NCBI RefSeq assembly: GCF_054482525.1
Contig: NZ_CM137006.1
Reading direction: 5' to 3' (one strand)
Length of the DNA stretch: 64,000 nt
Below are positions 1-11,631 of this stretch, one piece after another (positions within the stretch are counted from its first letter, which is position 1; each line of letters starts with the position of its first letter). The notes under the pieces are model-generated. The model was not told the DNA's origin, did no database searches, and saw only the letters and a program-made list of their open reading frames with translations. A program made the position numbers and the translations under genes.

Positions 1-1100
1 ACCGTCTCGAAACGTTACCGCTGAAAAAATCCGCAACCATTGCGGTGGTTGGCCCGCTGGCAGACAGCAAGCGTGACGTGATGGGCAGCTGGTCGGCGGC
101 AGGGGTTGCCGATCAATCCGTGACCGTGCTGACCGGGATTAAAAATGCCGTCGGTGAAAACGGTAAAGTGCTGTATGCCAAAGGGGCGAACGTTACCAGT
201 GACAAAGGCATTATCGACTTCCTGAATCAGTATGAAGAAGCGGTAAAAGTCGATCCGCGCTCGCCGCAAGAGATGATTGATGAAGCGGTGCAAACCGCGA
301 AACAATCTGATGTGGTGGTGGCTGTGGTCGGTGAAGCTCAGGGGATGGCGCACGAGGCTTCCAGCCGTACCGATATTACTATTCCGCAAAGCCAACGTGA
401 CTTGATTGCGGCGTTGAAAGCCACTGGTAAACCGCTGGTTCTGGTGCTGATGAACGGGCGTCCGCTGGCGATGGTGAAAGAAGATCAGCAGGCTGATGCG
501 ATTCTGGAAACCTGGTTTGCGGGTACGGAAGGGGGGAATGCAATTGCCGATGTATTGTTTGGCGATTACAACCCGTCCGGCAAGCTGCCGATGTCCTTCC
601 CGCGTTCTGTCGGGCAGATCCCGGTGTACTACAGCCATCTGAACACCGGGCGTCCGTATAACGCCGATAAGCCGAACAAATACACGTCGCGTTATTTTGA
701 TGAAGCTAACGGGGCGCTTTATCCGTTCGGCTATGGTCTGAGCTACACCACTTTCACCGTCTCTGATGTGAAACTTTCCGCGCCGACCATGAAGCGTGAC
801 GGCAAAGTGACCGCCAGTGTGCAGGTGACGAACACCGGTAAGCGCGAAGGGGCGACGGTAGTCCAGATGTACCTGCAGGATGTGACGGCTTCTATGAGTC
901 GCCCGGTGAAACAACTGAAAGGTTTTGAGAAAATCACCCTGAAACCGGGCGAAACTCAGACCGTCAGCTTCCCGATTGATATCGAGGCGCTGAAGTTCTG
1001 GAATCAACAGATGAAATATGACGCCGAGCCTGGCAAGTTCAATGTCTTTATCGGCACTGATTCCGCACGCGTTAAGAAAGGCGAGTTTGAGTTGCTGTAA
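1..1100 (+). CDS. bglX: periplasmic beta-glucosidase BglX, C-terminal part (5' end outside window)
   Basis: Open frame runs from the window edge to the stop at 1100. The GH3 C-terminal domain sequence ending ...KGEFELL matches my recollection of BglX, and osmF follows downstream as in E. coli. Confidence 0.85.
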   Translation, partial: RLETLPLKKSATIAVVGPLADSKRDVMGSWSAAGVADQSVTVLTGIKNAVGENGKVLYAKGANVTSDKGIIDFLNQYEEAVKVDPRSPQEMIDEAVQTAKQSDVVVAVVGEAQGMAHEASSRTDITIPQSQRDLIAALKATGKPLVLVLMNGRPLAMVKEDQQADAILETWFAGTEGGNAIADVLFGDYNPSGKLPMSFPRSVGQIPVYYSHLNTGRPYNADKPNKYTSRYFDEANGALYPFGYGLSYTTFTVSDVKLSAPTMKRDGKVTASVQVTNTGKREGATVVQMYLQDVTASMSRPVKQLKGFEKITLKPGETQTVSFPIDIEALKFWNQQMKYDAEPGKFNVFIGTDSARVKKGEFELL

Positions 1101-1248
1101 TGCTTTAGTAAGGGCGCGACGTCTGCGCCATTTAAGTATTTATCTGATTCTGCAACTGAATCCGCCCAGACAGGCTAACCCTGTCATTATCAACTATGCT
1201 TTTCTCTTAATTCGCTGAAAACAACAGTAAAAGAATGAGGAAAGCATC

Positions 1249-2166
1249 ATGCCACTCTCAAAGCTCTGGGCAGGTTCACTGGTTATGTTGGCAGCCGTGA
1301 GCCTGCCGCTACAGGCGGCTTCCCCCGTTAAGGTCGGTTCAAAAATCGATACCGAAGGCGCGCTGCTCGGCAATATCATTTTGCAGGTGCTGGAAAGCCA
1401 CGGCGTTCCTACGGTAAATAAAGTGCAATTGGGAACGACTCCTGTGGTGCGCGGGGCGATTACTTCCGGTGAACTGGATATCTATCCGGAATATACCGGC
1501 AATGGCGCGTTTTTCTTTAAAGATGAAAACGATGCGGCGTGGAAAAATGCCGGGCAGGGCTACGAGAAAGTCAAAAAGCTCGATGCAGAGCAAAACAAGT
1601 TAATCTGGCTGACGCCCGCACCTGCGAATAACACTTGGACCATCGCCGTGCGTCAGGATGTGGCAGAGAAAAACAAACTCACTTCGCTTGCTGACCTGAG
1701 TCGTTATCTGAAAGACGGTGGCACCTTCAAACTGGCTGCCTCAGCAGAATTTATTGAACGCGCCGATGCGTTACCCGCGTTTGAAAAAGCCTATGGCTTT
1801 AAGCTCGGTCAGGATCAGTTGCTGTCACTGGCGGGCGGCGATACGGCAGTGACGATCAAAGCCGCTGCTCAGCAAACCTCTGGCGTTAATGCCGCAATGG
1901 CTTACGGTACCGACGGTCCGGTCGCGGCGCTGGGGCTGCAAACCTTAAGCGATCCGCAAGGCGTGCAACCTATCTACGCGCCTGCACCAGTGGTGCGTGA
2001 GTCGGTGTTGAAAGAGTATCCGCAAATGGCACAGTGGTTACAGCCAGTCTTCGCCAGCCTCGATGAAAAAACATTGCAGCAACTGAATGCCAGCATTGCT
2101 GTGGAAGGACTGGATGCCAAAAAAGTGGCTGCCGACTACCTGAAACAAAAAGGGTGGACGAAGTAA
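1249..2166 (+). CDS. osmF: osmoprotectant (glycine betaine) ABC transporter periplasmic binding protein
   Basis: 305-aa ORF with an N-terminal signal peptide and RBS aggaaagcatcATG. It is the first gene of a 4-gene ABC operon, matching the yehZYXW order. Confidence 0.85.
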   Translation: MPLSKLWAGSLVMLAAVSLPLQAASPVKVGSKIDTEGALLGNIILQVLESHGVPTVNKVQLGTTPVVRGAITSGELDIYPEYTGNGAFFFKDENDAAWKNAGQGYEKVKKLDAEQNKLIWLTPAPANNTWTIAVRQDVAEKNKLTSLADLSRYLKDGGTFKLAASAEFIERADALPAFEKAYGFKLGQDQLLSLAGGDTAVTIKAAAQQTSGVNAAMAYGTDGPVAALGLQTLSDPQGVQPIYAPAPVVRESVLKEYPQMAQWLQPVFASLDEKTLQQLNASIAVEGLDAKKVAADYLKQKGWTK

Positions 2167-2172
2167 TTTCCC

Positions 2173-3330
2173 GTGACTTATTTCCGTATTAATCCTGTTC
2201 TGGCGCTGCTGCTGTTGCTGACGGCAATCGCAGCGGCGCTGCCGTTTATCAGTTACGCGCCTAATCGTTTAGTTTCGGGTGAGGGGCGTCATCTCTGGCA
2301 GCTGTGGCCGCAAACGATCTGGATGCTGGTGGGCGTTGGTTGCGCCTGGATGACAGCCTGTTTTATTCCCGCTAAAAAAGGCAGCATTTTTGCACTCATT
2401 CTGGCGCAATTCGTCTTCGTATTGCTGGTGTGGGGAGCAGGAAAGGCGGCGACACAACTGGCACAAAATGGCAGTGCGCTGGCGCGTACCAGCCTCGGCA
2501 GTGGTTTCTGGCTGGCTGCGGCGCTGGCATTGCTGGCCTGTAGCGATGCCATCCGCCGAATATCCACGCATCCGCTGTGGCGCTGGTTGTTGCATATGCA
2601 GATTGCCATTATTCCGCTGTGGTTGCTGTACGCCGGCACGCTTAACGATCTCTCGCTAATGAAAGAATACGCCAACCGTCAGGATGTGTTTGACGACGCG
2701 CTGGCACAACATCTGACGTTGCTGTTTGGTGCGGTGCTGCCTGCGTTAGTGATTGGTGTGCCGTTGGGCATCTGGTGCTACTTTTCCACTGCGCGGCAGG
2801 GGGCGATTTTTTCGCTACTCAATGTCATTCAGACCGTGCCTTCGGTAGCGCTCTTTGGCCTGTTGATTGCGCCGCTTGCCGCGCTGGTTACGGCCTTTCC
2901 GTGGCTGGGTAAGCTCGGCATAGCAGGAACAGGCATGACACCCGCACTGATTGCGCTGGTGCTCTATGCCTTGCTGCCGCTGGTGCGCGGCGTTGTAGTC
3001 GGCTTGAACCAGATCCCGCGCGATGTGCTGGAGAGCGCCAGAGCGATGGGCATGAGCGGGGCGCAGCGATTCCTGCATGTTCAGTTACCGCTGGCGTTAC
3101 CGGTATTTCTGCGTAGCCTGCGGGTGGTGATGGTGCAAACCGTCGGCATGGCGGTGATTGCGGCGTTAATCGGCGCAGGCGGTTTTGGTGCGCTGGTTTT
3201 CCAGGGGCTGCTAAGCAGTGCCATTGATTTAGTGTTGCTGGGGGTGATCCCGGTAATTGTTCTGGCGGTGCTGATCGATGCGCTGTTCGATTTGCTTATC
3301 GCACTGCTGAAGGTGAAACGTAATGATTGA
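2173..3330 (+). CDS. yehY: ABC transporter permease
   Basis: 385-aa polytopic membrane protein. It overlaps the next gene, consistent with translational coupling. Confidence 0.85.
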   Translation: MTYFRINPVLALLLLLTAIAAALPFISYAPNRLVSGEGRHLWQLWPQTIWMLVGVGCAWMTACFIPAKKGSIFALILAQFVFVLLVWGAGKAATQLAQNGSALARTSLGSGFWLAAALALLACSDAIRRISTHPLWRWLLHMQIAIIPLWLLYAGTLNDLSLMKEYANRQDVFDDALAQHLTLLFGAVLPALVIGVPLGIWCYFSTARQGAIFSLLNVIQTVPSVALFGLLIAPLAALVTAFPWLGKLGIAGTGMTPALIALVLYALLPLVRGVVVGLNQIPRDVLESARAMGMSGAQRFLHVQLPLALPVFLRSLRVVMVQTVGMAVIAALIGAGGFGALVFQGLLSSAIDLVLLGVIPVIVLAVLIDALFDLLIALLKVKRND

Positions 3331-4249
3331 ATTTAGCCATGTCAGCAAACTGTTCGGCGCACAAAAAGCCGTTAACGATCTCAATCTCAATTTTCAGGAG
3401 GGGAGTTTTTCGGTGCTGATTGGTACATCAGGCTCCGGTAAATCCACCACTCTGAAAATGATTAACCGCCTGGTGGAGCATGACAGTGGCGTGATCCGCT
3501 TTGCCGGAGAAGAAATTCGCTCGCTGCCAGTGCTGGAGTTGCGCCGCCGGATGGGCTATGCCATTCAATCTATTGGCCTGTTTCCCCACTGGAGCGTGGC
3601 GCAAAACATCGCTACCGTGCCGCAATTACAAAAATGGTCACGGGCGCGGATCGACGATCGTATCGACGAATTAATGGCGCTACTGGGGCTGGAGCCAAAT
3701 TTGCGTGAGCGTTATCCGCATCAGCTTTCTGGCGGTCAGCAGCAACGTGTGGGAGTGGCGCGCGCACTGGCTGCCGATCCGCAAGTCTTACTGATGGATG
3801 AACCTTTTGGCGCACTGGACCCGGTAACGCGCGGCGCGTTGCAACAAGAGATGACGCGCATTCACCGTTTGCTGGGGCGCACTATTGTGCTGGTCACTCA
3901 TGATATTGATGAGGCGCTACGGCTGGCAGAACATCTGGTATTGATGGATCACGGTGAAGTGGTGCAGCAGGGCAATCCGCTGACGATGCTGACTCGTCCG
4001 GCGAATGATTTTGTCCGCCAGTTTTTTGGGCATAGTGAACTGGGTGTCCGCCTGCTTTCGTTACGTAGTGTGGCGGATTACGTGCGTCGCGAAGAACGGG
4101 CAGAAGGTGAGGCACTGGCAGAAGAGATGACGCTACGCGATGCGCTCTCCCTGTTTGTCGCGCGGGGATGCGAGGTGCTGCCGGTGGTGAACACGCAGGG
4201 CCAGCCTTGCGGCACGCTGCATTTTCAGGATCTGCTGGTGGAGGCGTAA
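3323..4249 (+). CDS. yehX: ABC transporter ATP-binding protein
   Basis: Walker A motif [12 protein letters not shown] signature LSGGQQQRV, and a C-terminal CBS-like tail. Confidence 0.85.
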   Translation: MIEFSHVSKLFGAQKAVNDLNLNFQEGSFSVLIGTSGSGKSTTLKMINRLVEHDSGVIRFAGEEIRSLPVLELRRRMGYAIQSIGLFPHWSVAQNIATVPQLQKWSRARIDDRIDELMALLGLEPNLRERYPHQLSGGQQQRVGVARALAADPQVLLMDEPFGALDPVTRGALQQEMTRIHRLLGRTIVLVTHDIDEALRLAEHLVLMDHGEVVQQGNPLTMLTRPANDFVRQFFGHSELGVRLLSLRSVADYVRREERAEGEALAEEMTLRDALSLFVARGCEVLPVVNTQGQPCGTLHFQDLLVEA

Positions 4250-4253
4250 GCGT

Positions 4254-4985
4254 ATGAAGATGTTGCGCGATCCGCTGTTCTGGCTCATTGCTTTGTTTGT
4301 GGCACTGCTTTTCTGGCTGCCTTACAGCCAGCCGCTGTTTGCTGCCTTGTTCCCACAACTGCCACGACCCGTTTATCAGCAGGAAAGCTTTGCAGCTCTG
4401 GCACTGGCTCATTTCTGGCTGGTGGGAATTTCGAGTTTGTTTGCGGTGATCATTGGTACTGGTGCCGGAATTATTGTTACTCGCCCGTGGGGCGCGGAAT
4501 TTCGCCCACTGGTGGAAACTATTGCCGCCGTTGGGCAGACTTTTCCGCCCGTTGCGGTGCTGGCGATTGCCGTTCCGGTGATCGGCTTTGGTCTGCAACC
4601 CGCGATTATCGCCTTGATCCTTTACGGCGTGCTGCCCGTCCTGCAGGCGACACTTGCCGGGCTGGGAGCGATTGATGTCAGCGTGACAGAAGTTGCGAAA
4701 GGTATGGGAATGAGCCGTGGTCAGCGACTGCGTAAGGTCGAGCTACCGCTGGCGGCTCCGGTGATTCTGGCGGGCGTGCGAACTTCGGTGATTATCAACA
4801 TTGGTACGGCGACGATCGCCTCAACGGTAGGGGCCAGCACGCTGGGTACGCCCATCATCATCGGGCTTAGCGGATTTAATACCGCGTATGTGATCCAGGG
4901 GGCGTTACTGGTGGCACTGGCGGCGATCATTGCAGACCGCCTGTTTGAAAGGCTGGTGCAGGCGCTTAGCCAGCACGCAAAATAA
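4254..4985 (+). CDS. yehW: ABC transporter permease
   Basis: 243-aa membrane protein and last gene of the operon. Confidence 0.85.
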
Positions 4986-5073
4986 AGGTATAACCTGCGA
5001 GCATGACGCCACCAATTCCGCCTAACGCCATAAACAGGAACAGGGCGATGACCCCAATTTTAGCTATGCGCAT
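4966..5073 (-). CDS. yohO: small (35 aa) single-TM membrane protein, [35 protein letters not shown]
   Basis: Short hydrophobic ORF on the minus strand that overlaps the 3' end of yehW by 20 nt. Position and sequence match my recollection of YohO, but it is a small protein and therefore uncertain. Confidence 0.45.
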
Positions 5074-5132
5074 AATGCACTCCTTATGTTAACGAAAGGA
5101 TTGTACAGTAAAGCGCATTTGTTAACGAATGA

Positions 5133-5864
5133 TTAAATGCCGAGTGGGAAAATATCATGGCCTTGTTCCTGCCAACTGGTAAGTTGCTGCTGTTGGGCAG
5201 AGGTTCGATTTTCACCGCACCACACCAGCAATGTACGGCCTTCGAACAGTTCAGGGCGTAGTTGATTGAGCGAGTGGGCGAGGACATCAATGCGCCATCC
5301 TTGTTGACTGGCAATCCAGCCCTCCAGCCACAGACGGGTGGTATCGTGAATATTCCAGCCAACCACCAGCGCATCTTTACCCTGTTTTTTACGTGCCGAA
5401 GCCAGACAAATGGCGATGTAGTTGATCAGTACGCCGTCGAGGATCGCCAGCAGCGCCTGGAGAGTCGGTTGTTGGCACTGAAGTCGTCGGCGCAGAGGAA
5501 TAAACAGATGCGTGGTGAGTGTCTGGGCGGGGTAATCCTGACCGCGCTCTTTGATCCACGTTCGCAGGCTATGCAGATTGCCGCTTTGCAGGTAAGTCAG
5601 TAATGTTTCTTGCTGATCGCGCCAGCCGTTCTGCACATCAACATTTTCATTACTGAGCAGCATTTTAACTTTGCTGACCTGCACGCCGTTGTCGATCCAG
5701 CGTTTGATCTCGCGGATCCGGTCAATATCGGCATCGTTGAACAGCCGATGGCCGCCGTCTGTTCGTTGCGGTTTCAGCAATCCGTAACGCCTCTGCCACG
5801 CGCGTAACGTGACAGGGTTAATATCACAAAGCAACGCCACTTCACCAATTGTGTAAAGCGCCAT
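5133..5864 (-). CDS. mlrA: MerR-family transcriptional regulator (curli/csgD activator)
   Basis: 243-aa protein with an N-terminal MerR HTH (YTIGEVALLCDINPVTLRAWQRRYGL). The position between yehW and yehU fits. Confidence 0.85.
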   Translation of the reverse strand: MALYTIGEVALLCDINPVTLRAWQRRYGLLKPQRTDGGHRLFNDADIDRIREIKRWIDNGVQVSKVKMLLSNENVDVQNGWRDQQETLLTYLQSGNLHSLRTWIKERGQDYPAQTLTTHLFIPLRRRLQCQQPTLQALLAILDGVLINYIAICLASARKKQGKDALVVGWNIHDTTRLWLEGWIASQQGWRIDVLAHSLNQLRPELFEGRTLLVWCGENRTSAQQQQLTSWQEQGHDIFPLGI

Positions 5865-6085
5865 CGTCTCACCCTTGCTCGCGAGGTCCCGGTTTAACTT
5901 TAGACGCAGTTTTGCGAACCAGGTAGTTTTGCCCGTTTTTTGTGCATCTATAGGGTGATTTTATTTTTGCCAGGCGATTTTGAGTGATCGTACTCACGAA
6001 TTCTCATTTTTCTGCAAGAGTTCAAAGAAAGTTAAACGCAGGCAATGTATGTTACGCGTTTTAAAGGGAAGTGTGGTTTGCGGGT

Positions 6086-7771
6086 ATGTACGATTTTAAT
6101 CTGGTGTTGCTGCTGCTTCAGCAGATGTGCGTTTTTTTAGTCATTGCGTGGTTAATGAGTAAAACGCCATTATTCATACCGTTAATGCAGGTCACGGTTC
6201 GTCTGCCGCATAAATTTCTCTGCTACATCGTCTTTTCCATCTTCTGCATCATGGGCACCTGGTTTGGGTTGCACATTGACGATTCTATTGCCAATACCCG
6301 TGCGATAGGCGCGGTAATGGGCGGCTTGCTCGGCGGTCCGGTCGTCGGTGGGCTGGTTGGTCTGACCGGCGGGTTACATCGATATTCGATGGGGGGCATG
6401 ACCGCGCTAAGTTGCATGATCTCGACCATCGTTGAAGGATTGCTCGGCGGCCTGGTACACAGCATCCTGATCCGTCGCGGGCGCACTGATAAAGTCTTTA
6501 ACCCCATTACCGCCGGTGCCGTCACGTTCGTCGCTGAAATGGTGCAAATGTTGATCATCCTGGCGATCGCCCGACCTTATGAAGATGCGGTGCGTCTGGT
6601 GAGTAATATTGCTGCGCCAATGATGGTTACCAATACCGTCGGCGCGGCGCTGTTTATGCGTATATTGCTCGATAAACGCGCGATGTTTGAAAAATACACT
6701 TCGGCTTTTTCTGCCACTGCGCTAAAAGTGGCTGCCTCGACGGAAGGCATTTTGCGCCAGGGGTTTAACGAAGTTAACAGCATGAAAGTGGCACAGGTGC
6801 TGTATCAGGAGCTGGATATTGGTGCAGTCGCGATTACCGATCGAGAGAAATTGCTGGCCTTTACCGGAATTGGTGACGATCACCATTTACCCGGCAAACC
6901 GATTTCTTCGACTTACACCTTAAAAGCGATTGAAACCGGTGAAGTGGTCTACGCTGATGGCAACGAAGTACCTTATCGTTGCTCTTTGCATCCGCAATGC
7001 AAACTGGGGTCGACGCTGGTAATTCCGTTGCGTGGTGAAAATCAGCGGGTGATGGGCACCATCAAATTGTATGAAGCCAAAAACCGTTTATTCAGTTCAA
7101 TCAACCGCACGCTGGGCGAGGGGATTGCGCAACTGCTTTCGGCGCAGATCCTCGCCGGGCAATATGAGCGGCAAAAAGCGATGCTCACCCAGTCAGAGAT
7201 CAAACTGCTTCACGCCCAGGTGAACCCCCATTTTTTGTTTAATGCGCTTAACACCATTAAAGCGGTGATCCGCCGCGACAGCGAACAGGCCAGCCAGCTG
7301 GTCCAGTATCTTTCCACTTTTTTCCGCAAAAACTTAAAGCGGCCTTCGGAGTTTGTTACTCTCGCAGACGAAATTGAACATGTGAACGCTTATCTGCAAA
7401 TTGAAAAGGCGCGCTTCCAGTCGCGGTTGCAGGTCAACATTGCTATTCCGCAAGAATTATCCCAGCAGCAATTGCCCGCGTTTACCCTGCAACCGATAGT
7501 GGAAAACGCCATTAAACATGGGACATCACAACTGCTCGATACAGGGCGAGTGGCAATCAGCGCCCGACGTGAGGGGCAACATTTGATGCTGGAGATCGAA
7601 GACAATGCCGGTTTGTATCAACCGGTAACCAATGCCAGTGGGCTGGGGATGAATCTGGTGGATAAGCGTTTACGTGAACGGTTTGGCGATGACTATGGGA
7701 TAAGCGTCGCCTGTGAGCCTGATAGTTACACCCGAATAACGTTACGACTACCATGGAGGGACGAGGCATGA
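6086..7771 (+). CDS. btsS: LytS-type sensor histidine kinase (pyruvate sensing)
   Basis: 561 aa from the internal Met [10 protein letters not shown]. It has a 5TM-LytS N-terminus, a GAF domain and a His-kinase C-terminus, and is followed by the LytTR regulator. Confidence 0.85.
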
Positions 7772-8487
7772 TTAAAGTCTTAATTGTCGATGATGAACCG
7801 TTAGCACGGGAGAACCTGCGCGTATTTTTGCAGGAGCAGAGCGATATTGAAATTGTTGGAGAGTGTTCAAACGCCGTGGAAGGGATCGGCGCGGTGCATA
7901 AACTGCGCCCGGATGTGCTGTTTCTCGATATCCAGATGCCGCGCATCAGTGGTCTGGAAATGGTGGGGATGCTCGACCCGGAACATCGTCCGTATATTGT
8001 TTTTCTCACCGCGTTTGACGAATACGCTATTAAAGCCTTTGAAGAACATGCCTTTGATTATCTGCTGAAGCCAATTGATGAAGCGCGACTGGAGAAAACG
8101 CTGGCGCGATTGCGTCAGGAGCGCAGCAAGCAGGATGTTTCGCTGTTACCGGAAAATCAACAGGCGCTGAAATTTATCCCTTGTACGGGGCATAGTCGGA
8201 TTTATTTGCTGCAAATGAAAGATGTGGCATTTGTCAGCAGTCGGATGAGCGGTGTCTACGTTACGAGTCACGAAGGGAAAGAGGGCTTTACCGAACTGAC
8301 ATTACGTACCCTGGAGAGTCGTACACCACTACTACGCTGCCATCGTCAGTATCTGGTTAACCTCGCGCATTTACAGGAGATTCGTCTGGAAGATAACGGC
8401 CAGGCCGAGTTGATTTTGCGTAATGGCTTAACCGTGCCGGTCAGCCGTCGTTATCTGAAAAGCTTAAAAGAGGCGATTGGCCTGTAA
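7768..8487 (+). CDS. btsR: LytTR-family response regulator
   Basis: 239 aa starting [11 protein letters not shown], with a receiver domain plus LytTR domain. RBS is ggaggg. The 4-nt overlap with btsS implies coupling. Confidence 0.85.
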
Positions 8488-8533
8488 AAGACTGCTAAAA
8501 TGGCTTTTTGCCTCATCAACACCTGAAGGCCTC

Positions 8534-9004
8534 ATGCTAAGTAACGATATTCTGCGCAGCGTGCGCTACATTTTGAAAGCCAATAATAATGACCTGGTGC
8601 GTATTCTGGCGCTGGGTAATGTCGAAGCCACCGCGGAACAGATCGCCGTCTGGCTACGTAAAGAAGACGAAGAGGGTTTTCAGCGTTGTCCGGACATTGT
8701 TTTGTCTTCCTTCCTCAATGGCCTGATTTATGAAAAACGCGGCAAGGATGAGTCTGCTCCGGCACTGGAGCCGGAACGTCGCATTAATAACAACATCGTG
8801 CTGAAAAAATTACGCATCGCGTTTTCGCTGAAAACCGATGACATTCTGGCGATCCTCACCGAACAGCAGTTCCGCGTTTCGATGCCGGAAATTACGGCGA
8901 TGATGCGTGCACCGGATCATAAAAACTTCCGCGAATGCGGCGATCAATTTTTACGTTATTTTCTGCGTGGACTGGCAGCGCGCCAGCATGTGAAGAAAAG
9001 CTAA
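8534..9004 (+). CDS. yehS: DUF1456 family protein
   Basis: 156 aa from MLSNDILRSVRYILK. Gene order supports the call. Confidence 0.7.
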   Translation: MLSNDILRSVRYILKANNNDLVRILALGNVEATAEQIAVWLRKEDEEGFQRCPDIVLSSFLNGLIYEKRGKDESAPALEPERRINNNIVLKKLRIAFSLKTDDILAILTEQQFRVSMPEITAMMRAPDHKNFRECGDQFLRYFLRGLAARQHVKKS

Positions 9005-9013
9005 GACGGGTAT

Positions 9014-9038
9014 GGCGGCCATGCGAAACATGGCCGCC
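9014..9038. terminator. GC-rich hairpin (ggcggccatg-cgaaa-catggccgcc) between convergent yehS and yehR
   Basis: Perfect 10-bp stem seen in the sequence. Neither strand has a clear U-run, so its role as a terminator is uncertain. Confidence 0.35.
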
Positions 9039-9044
9039 GACAGA

Positions 9045-9506
9045 TTATTTCACTTCTTTAAAACCAGCGGCTTTCATCACCAGTTCCATTTGCGCCATAG
9101 TGATACCTTTTTTGGCATCTTCAGCAGAAACGTTGATTCCTGAAATACCCTGCAGGGCTTTAAAATCCACTTTTTCCATATCGATAGTCACGTTTTCCTG
9201 CGCGTAGGTATCGGTATAGGTTAATTTTTCTTCAACACCCGCGATATTTTTGTATTTGGCGCTTAACGGCTCAAGTGTCTTGGCAGCGTCTTCTTTGGTG
9301 GTTGCACCAATGGAGGCAAATTGAATTTTGGTTTCAGAAGATTGCTTAAGCACCTTGTCACCTTTGTAGACATAGGTAATGGCAATTTCAGTACCGTTCA
9401 GATTGGCGCTGAATTTTTTCGATTCTTCTTTGTCACCGCAGCCAGCAAGAGAGAAAACCAGAACAGATGCAACAACGAGGGAAAACAGCTTATTGAAAGC
9501 CTTCAT
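9045..9506 (-). CDS. yehR: lipoprotein (DUF1307)
   Basis: Starts MKAFNKLFSLVVASVLVFSLAGC and has a lipobox (LAGC). Confidence 0.75.
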   Translation of the reverse strand: MKAFNKLFSLVVASVLVFSLAGCGDKEESKKFSANLNGTEIAITYVYKGDKVLKQSSETKIQFASIGATTKEDAAKTLEPLSAKYKNIAGVEEKLTYTDTYAQENVTIDMEKVDFKALQGISGINVSAEDAKKGITMAQMELVMKAAGFKEVK

Positions 9507-9630
9507 GTAAAACTCCATTTTATTTAATCAAGAAACTGGTGACTCTCACCAGGGGCTATATAGGATATGCCTAATACCGTGGCGTGAGCAGTCCGGAACT
9601 GGAGTAGAACTCTTAGTAAAAAGCACTATT

Positions 9631-11631
9631 TCATCCTTGTTGCTGAAGCATGTGGAATAATTGTTCGCAAAGCAAAACACCGTTATTCATTGCTTCTACC
9701 CGTGCCTCGCTTTCTGTATTACAAAATTGTGCCAACACATGTGCCAGCCGATAAAAACCGACCGCGGTGAGGTCATTCGCCAGCAACTCTGCCTGACCAA
9801 TAGCACTCTGTTCCTGATAGCGCCAGCCGTTATGGAGCAGTTGAATAAGTAACGCCTGGCAGCGCATCAGCAACTGATGAGCGGTAGACGGCACAGGCAG
9901 AACGCTGGCAGAAGGTAGCGGTGCCACAGGCGCAGTTTCTGCGTCCAGCGCCCAGGCGCGGGTTTTGGTCATCATTACCCGTGGTTCCAGTGTCAATTGC
10001 CCCTCAACAAAACTGACAAAGCCAGAAACCAGACTCACGGGGTCGTCTGTGTGTTGCAAAAGTGCCGCCATGCGTTCAACGGCAAAAGGCGCGCTGGCTG
10101 AGGCTGGCAGTGATAAAGTCAGCAGATTATCTTCACCTTCGCCGCTGATTACCTGCGCATCCAGCGTCTGGCGGCTGCTATCCCAACCGAGTGAAATACA
10201 CTCAGCGACTGGCAGAATAAATAAGTTATCCACCTGATTAAGAGGCCGTATGCAGGCGGGGGGACGCTGGCGTAAATATTCCCGCAAAGCCACAATGCCC
10301 GACTGGCGCAATGGCGCGCTCAACATTTGCCAGGCGTCTGGCGACAGCGGCACAACGCTGCTTAAGCGGTTGCGGGTAGCTAACAACAGCTCGCCATCGG
10401 CACTGCGTTTTGCTGCTTGTGAAACAATTTGCCCACCTGCCAGTGCGCCAGCCAGAAAACTAAACAGCCGACGCGTCGCTGCCGGTGAGTTTTCCTGTTC
10501 GCTTCTCGGCCAACTACGCGAAAGATGCAAAATACTGCCAGTGTCGGGATCGGTAAACCAGATGCGTAAACCATAATGCTCAATATCCTGCCAGCAACGC
10601 ATACCTAAAGACACCAGCCGCAGATGATCAAGCTTTGCTTCTCCGGCAATGCCAGAGCCAACGACCGTGCGCCACGGCACAGGAGGAACTTCACCAACAC
10701 TGTCGCGCCGGGCCATCTCTTGTGCGCAATTTAATCGACTGTTTAATGCCGCAAGCTGACGTAAGCATTCTCCGACATGATAGTGGCTGGCGCGGGCGTG
10801 GAAGGCATCAACGCTGGCGCGCAGTTGCCGTAGCGATTCACTCACCCAGCGCCAGTTGCAGCGTTCCGCCGCTTGCTGCGCGCGGCTGAAAGCAGCCTTG
10901 TAATGAATAAGCGGCTGGCTGATGCCGCCAAGCCATAACGCCTGGCTTAATTGCTGAACATATTGACGACACGCGTCGCCCTCATCGTTGGCAAACGGAT
11001 CGTCAGATGATGTGACGTGTTCGCTGCGCATCTGCCAGATTAAATGAGTAAATTCCGCTTGCTGCGCTTTGGCCTGGACAAAGGCCTGTACTGCCAGTAC
11101 GACATGTTCGCAAAGTGTGCCGTCAATACAATCACAGCGTGCGAAACGAATGCTGCTGCGGGAATAAAAACGTACATCGCTCATCGGTAAGCGGGCAGAG
11201 GGAATTTCGCCCGGCGTACAGAACAACTCAATGGTGATGCCTTTAGCGACCAGTGTCTGTGCGCGTTTGCGGGTGGCATCGGGCAGGGTAGCCAGTTCTT
11301 CCAGCCAGATTGCCGGATCCCACTCTTCTTCTTTTTCCGTAGGCTGGGTGGTGGCGCAAAGTCGCTGATAACTTAAAACCAGCATCACGCGATGGCGGCA
11401 CATGCCGCTGGCCCCGCAGCTGCATTGAGCCTCTTTCAGTGCCTGACCGTTCGCCAGCTGGGTGCGGACACCGTCACTGAAGGTGGCGATTAAAGCGCCG
11501 TTCTCATGGCTGATTTCCGGGACGTTGCCATTTTCCAGTTCTTTAAGGCTGCGCTTAACAAAACCGGCATTGCTTAACGCCGTCAAAGCTTGTGGTGTCA
11601 GTTCTAATAATTCCGGCCGTAGTGAATTCAT
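9631..11631 (-). CDS. yehQ: SWIM zinc-finger protein
   Basis: Two CxCx(n)CxH SWIM-like motifs (CSCGASGMCRHRV, CDCIDGTLCEHVV). It is the last gene of the yehLMPQ cluster, and its start overlaps the yehP stop (ATGA). Confidence 0.7.
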   Translation of the reverse strand: MNSLRPELLELTPQALTALSNAGFVKRSLKELENGNVPEISHENGALIATFSDGVRTQLANGQALKEAQCSCGASGMCRHRVMLVLSYQRLCATTQPTEKEEEWDPAIWLEELATLPDATRKRAQTLVAKGITIELFCTPGEIPSARLPMSDVRFYSRSSIRFARCDCIDGTLCEHVVLAVQAFVQAKAQQAEFTHLIWQMRSEHVTSSDDPFANDEGDACRQYVQQLSQALWLGGISQPLIHYKAAFSRAQQAAERCNWRWVSESLRQLRASVDAFHARASHYHVGECLRQLAALNSRLNCAQEMARRDSVGEVPPVPWRTVVGSGIAGEAKLDHLRLVSLGMRCWQDIEHYGLRIWFTDPDTGSILHLSRSWPRSEQENSPAATRRLFSFLAGALAGGQIVSQAAKRSADGELLLATRNRLSSVVPLSPDAWQMLSAPLRQSGIVALREYLRQRPPACIRPLNQVDNLFILPVAECISLGWDSSRQTLDAQVISGEGEDNLLTLSLPASASAPFAVERMAALLQHTDDPVSLVSGFVSFVEGQLTLEPRVMMTKTRAWALDAETAPVAPLPSASVLPVPSTAHQLLMRCQALLIQLLHNGWRYQEQSAIGQAELLANDLTAVGFYRLAHVLAQFCNTESEARVEAMNNGVLLCEQLFHMLQQQG

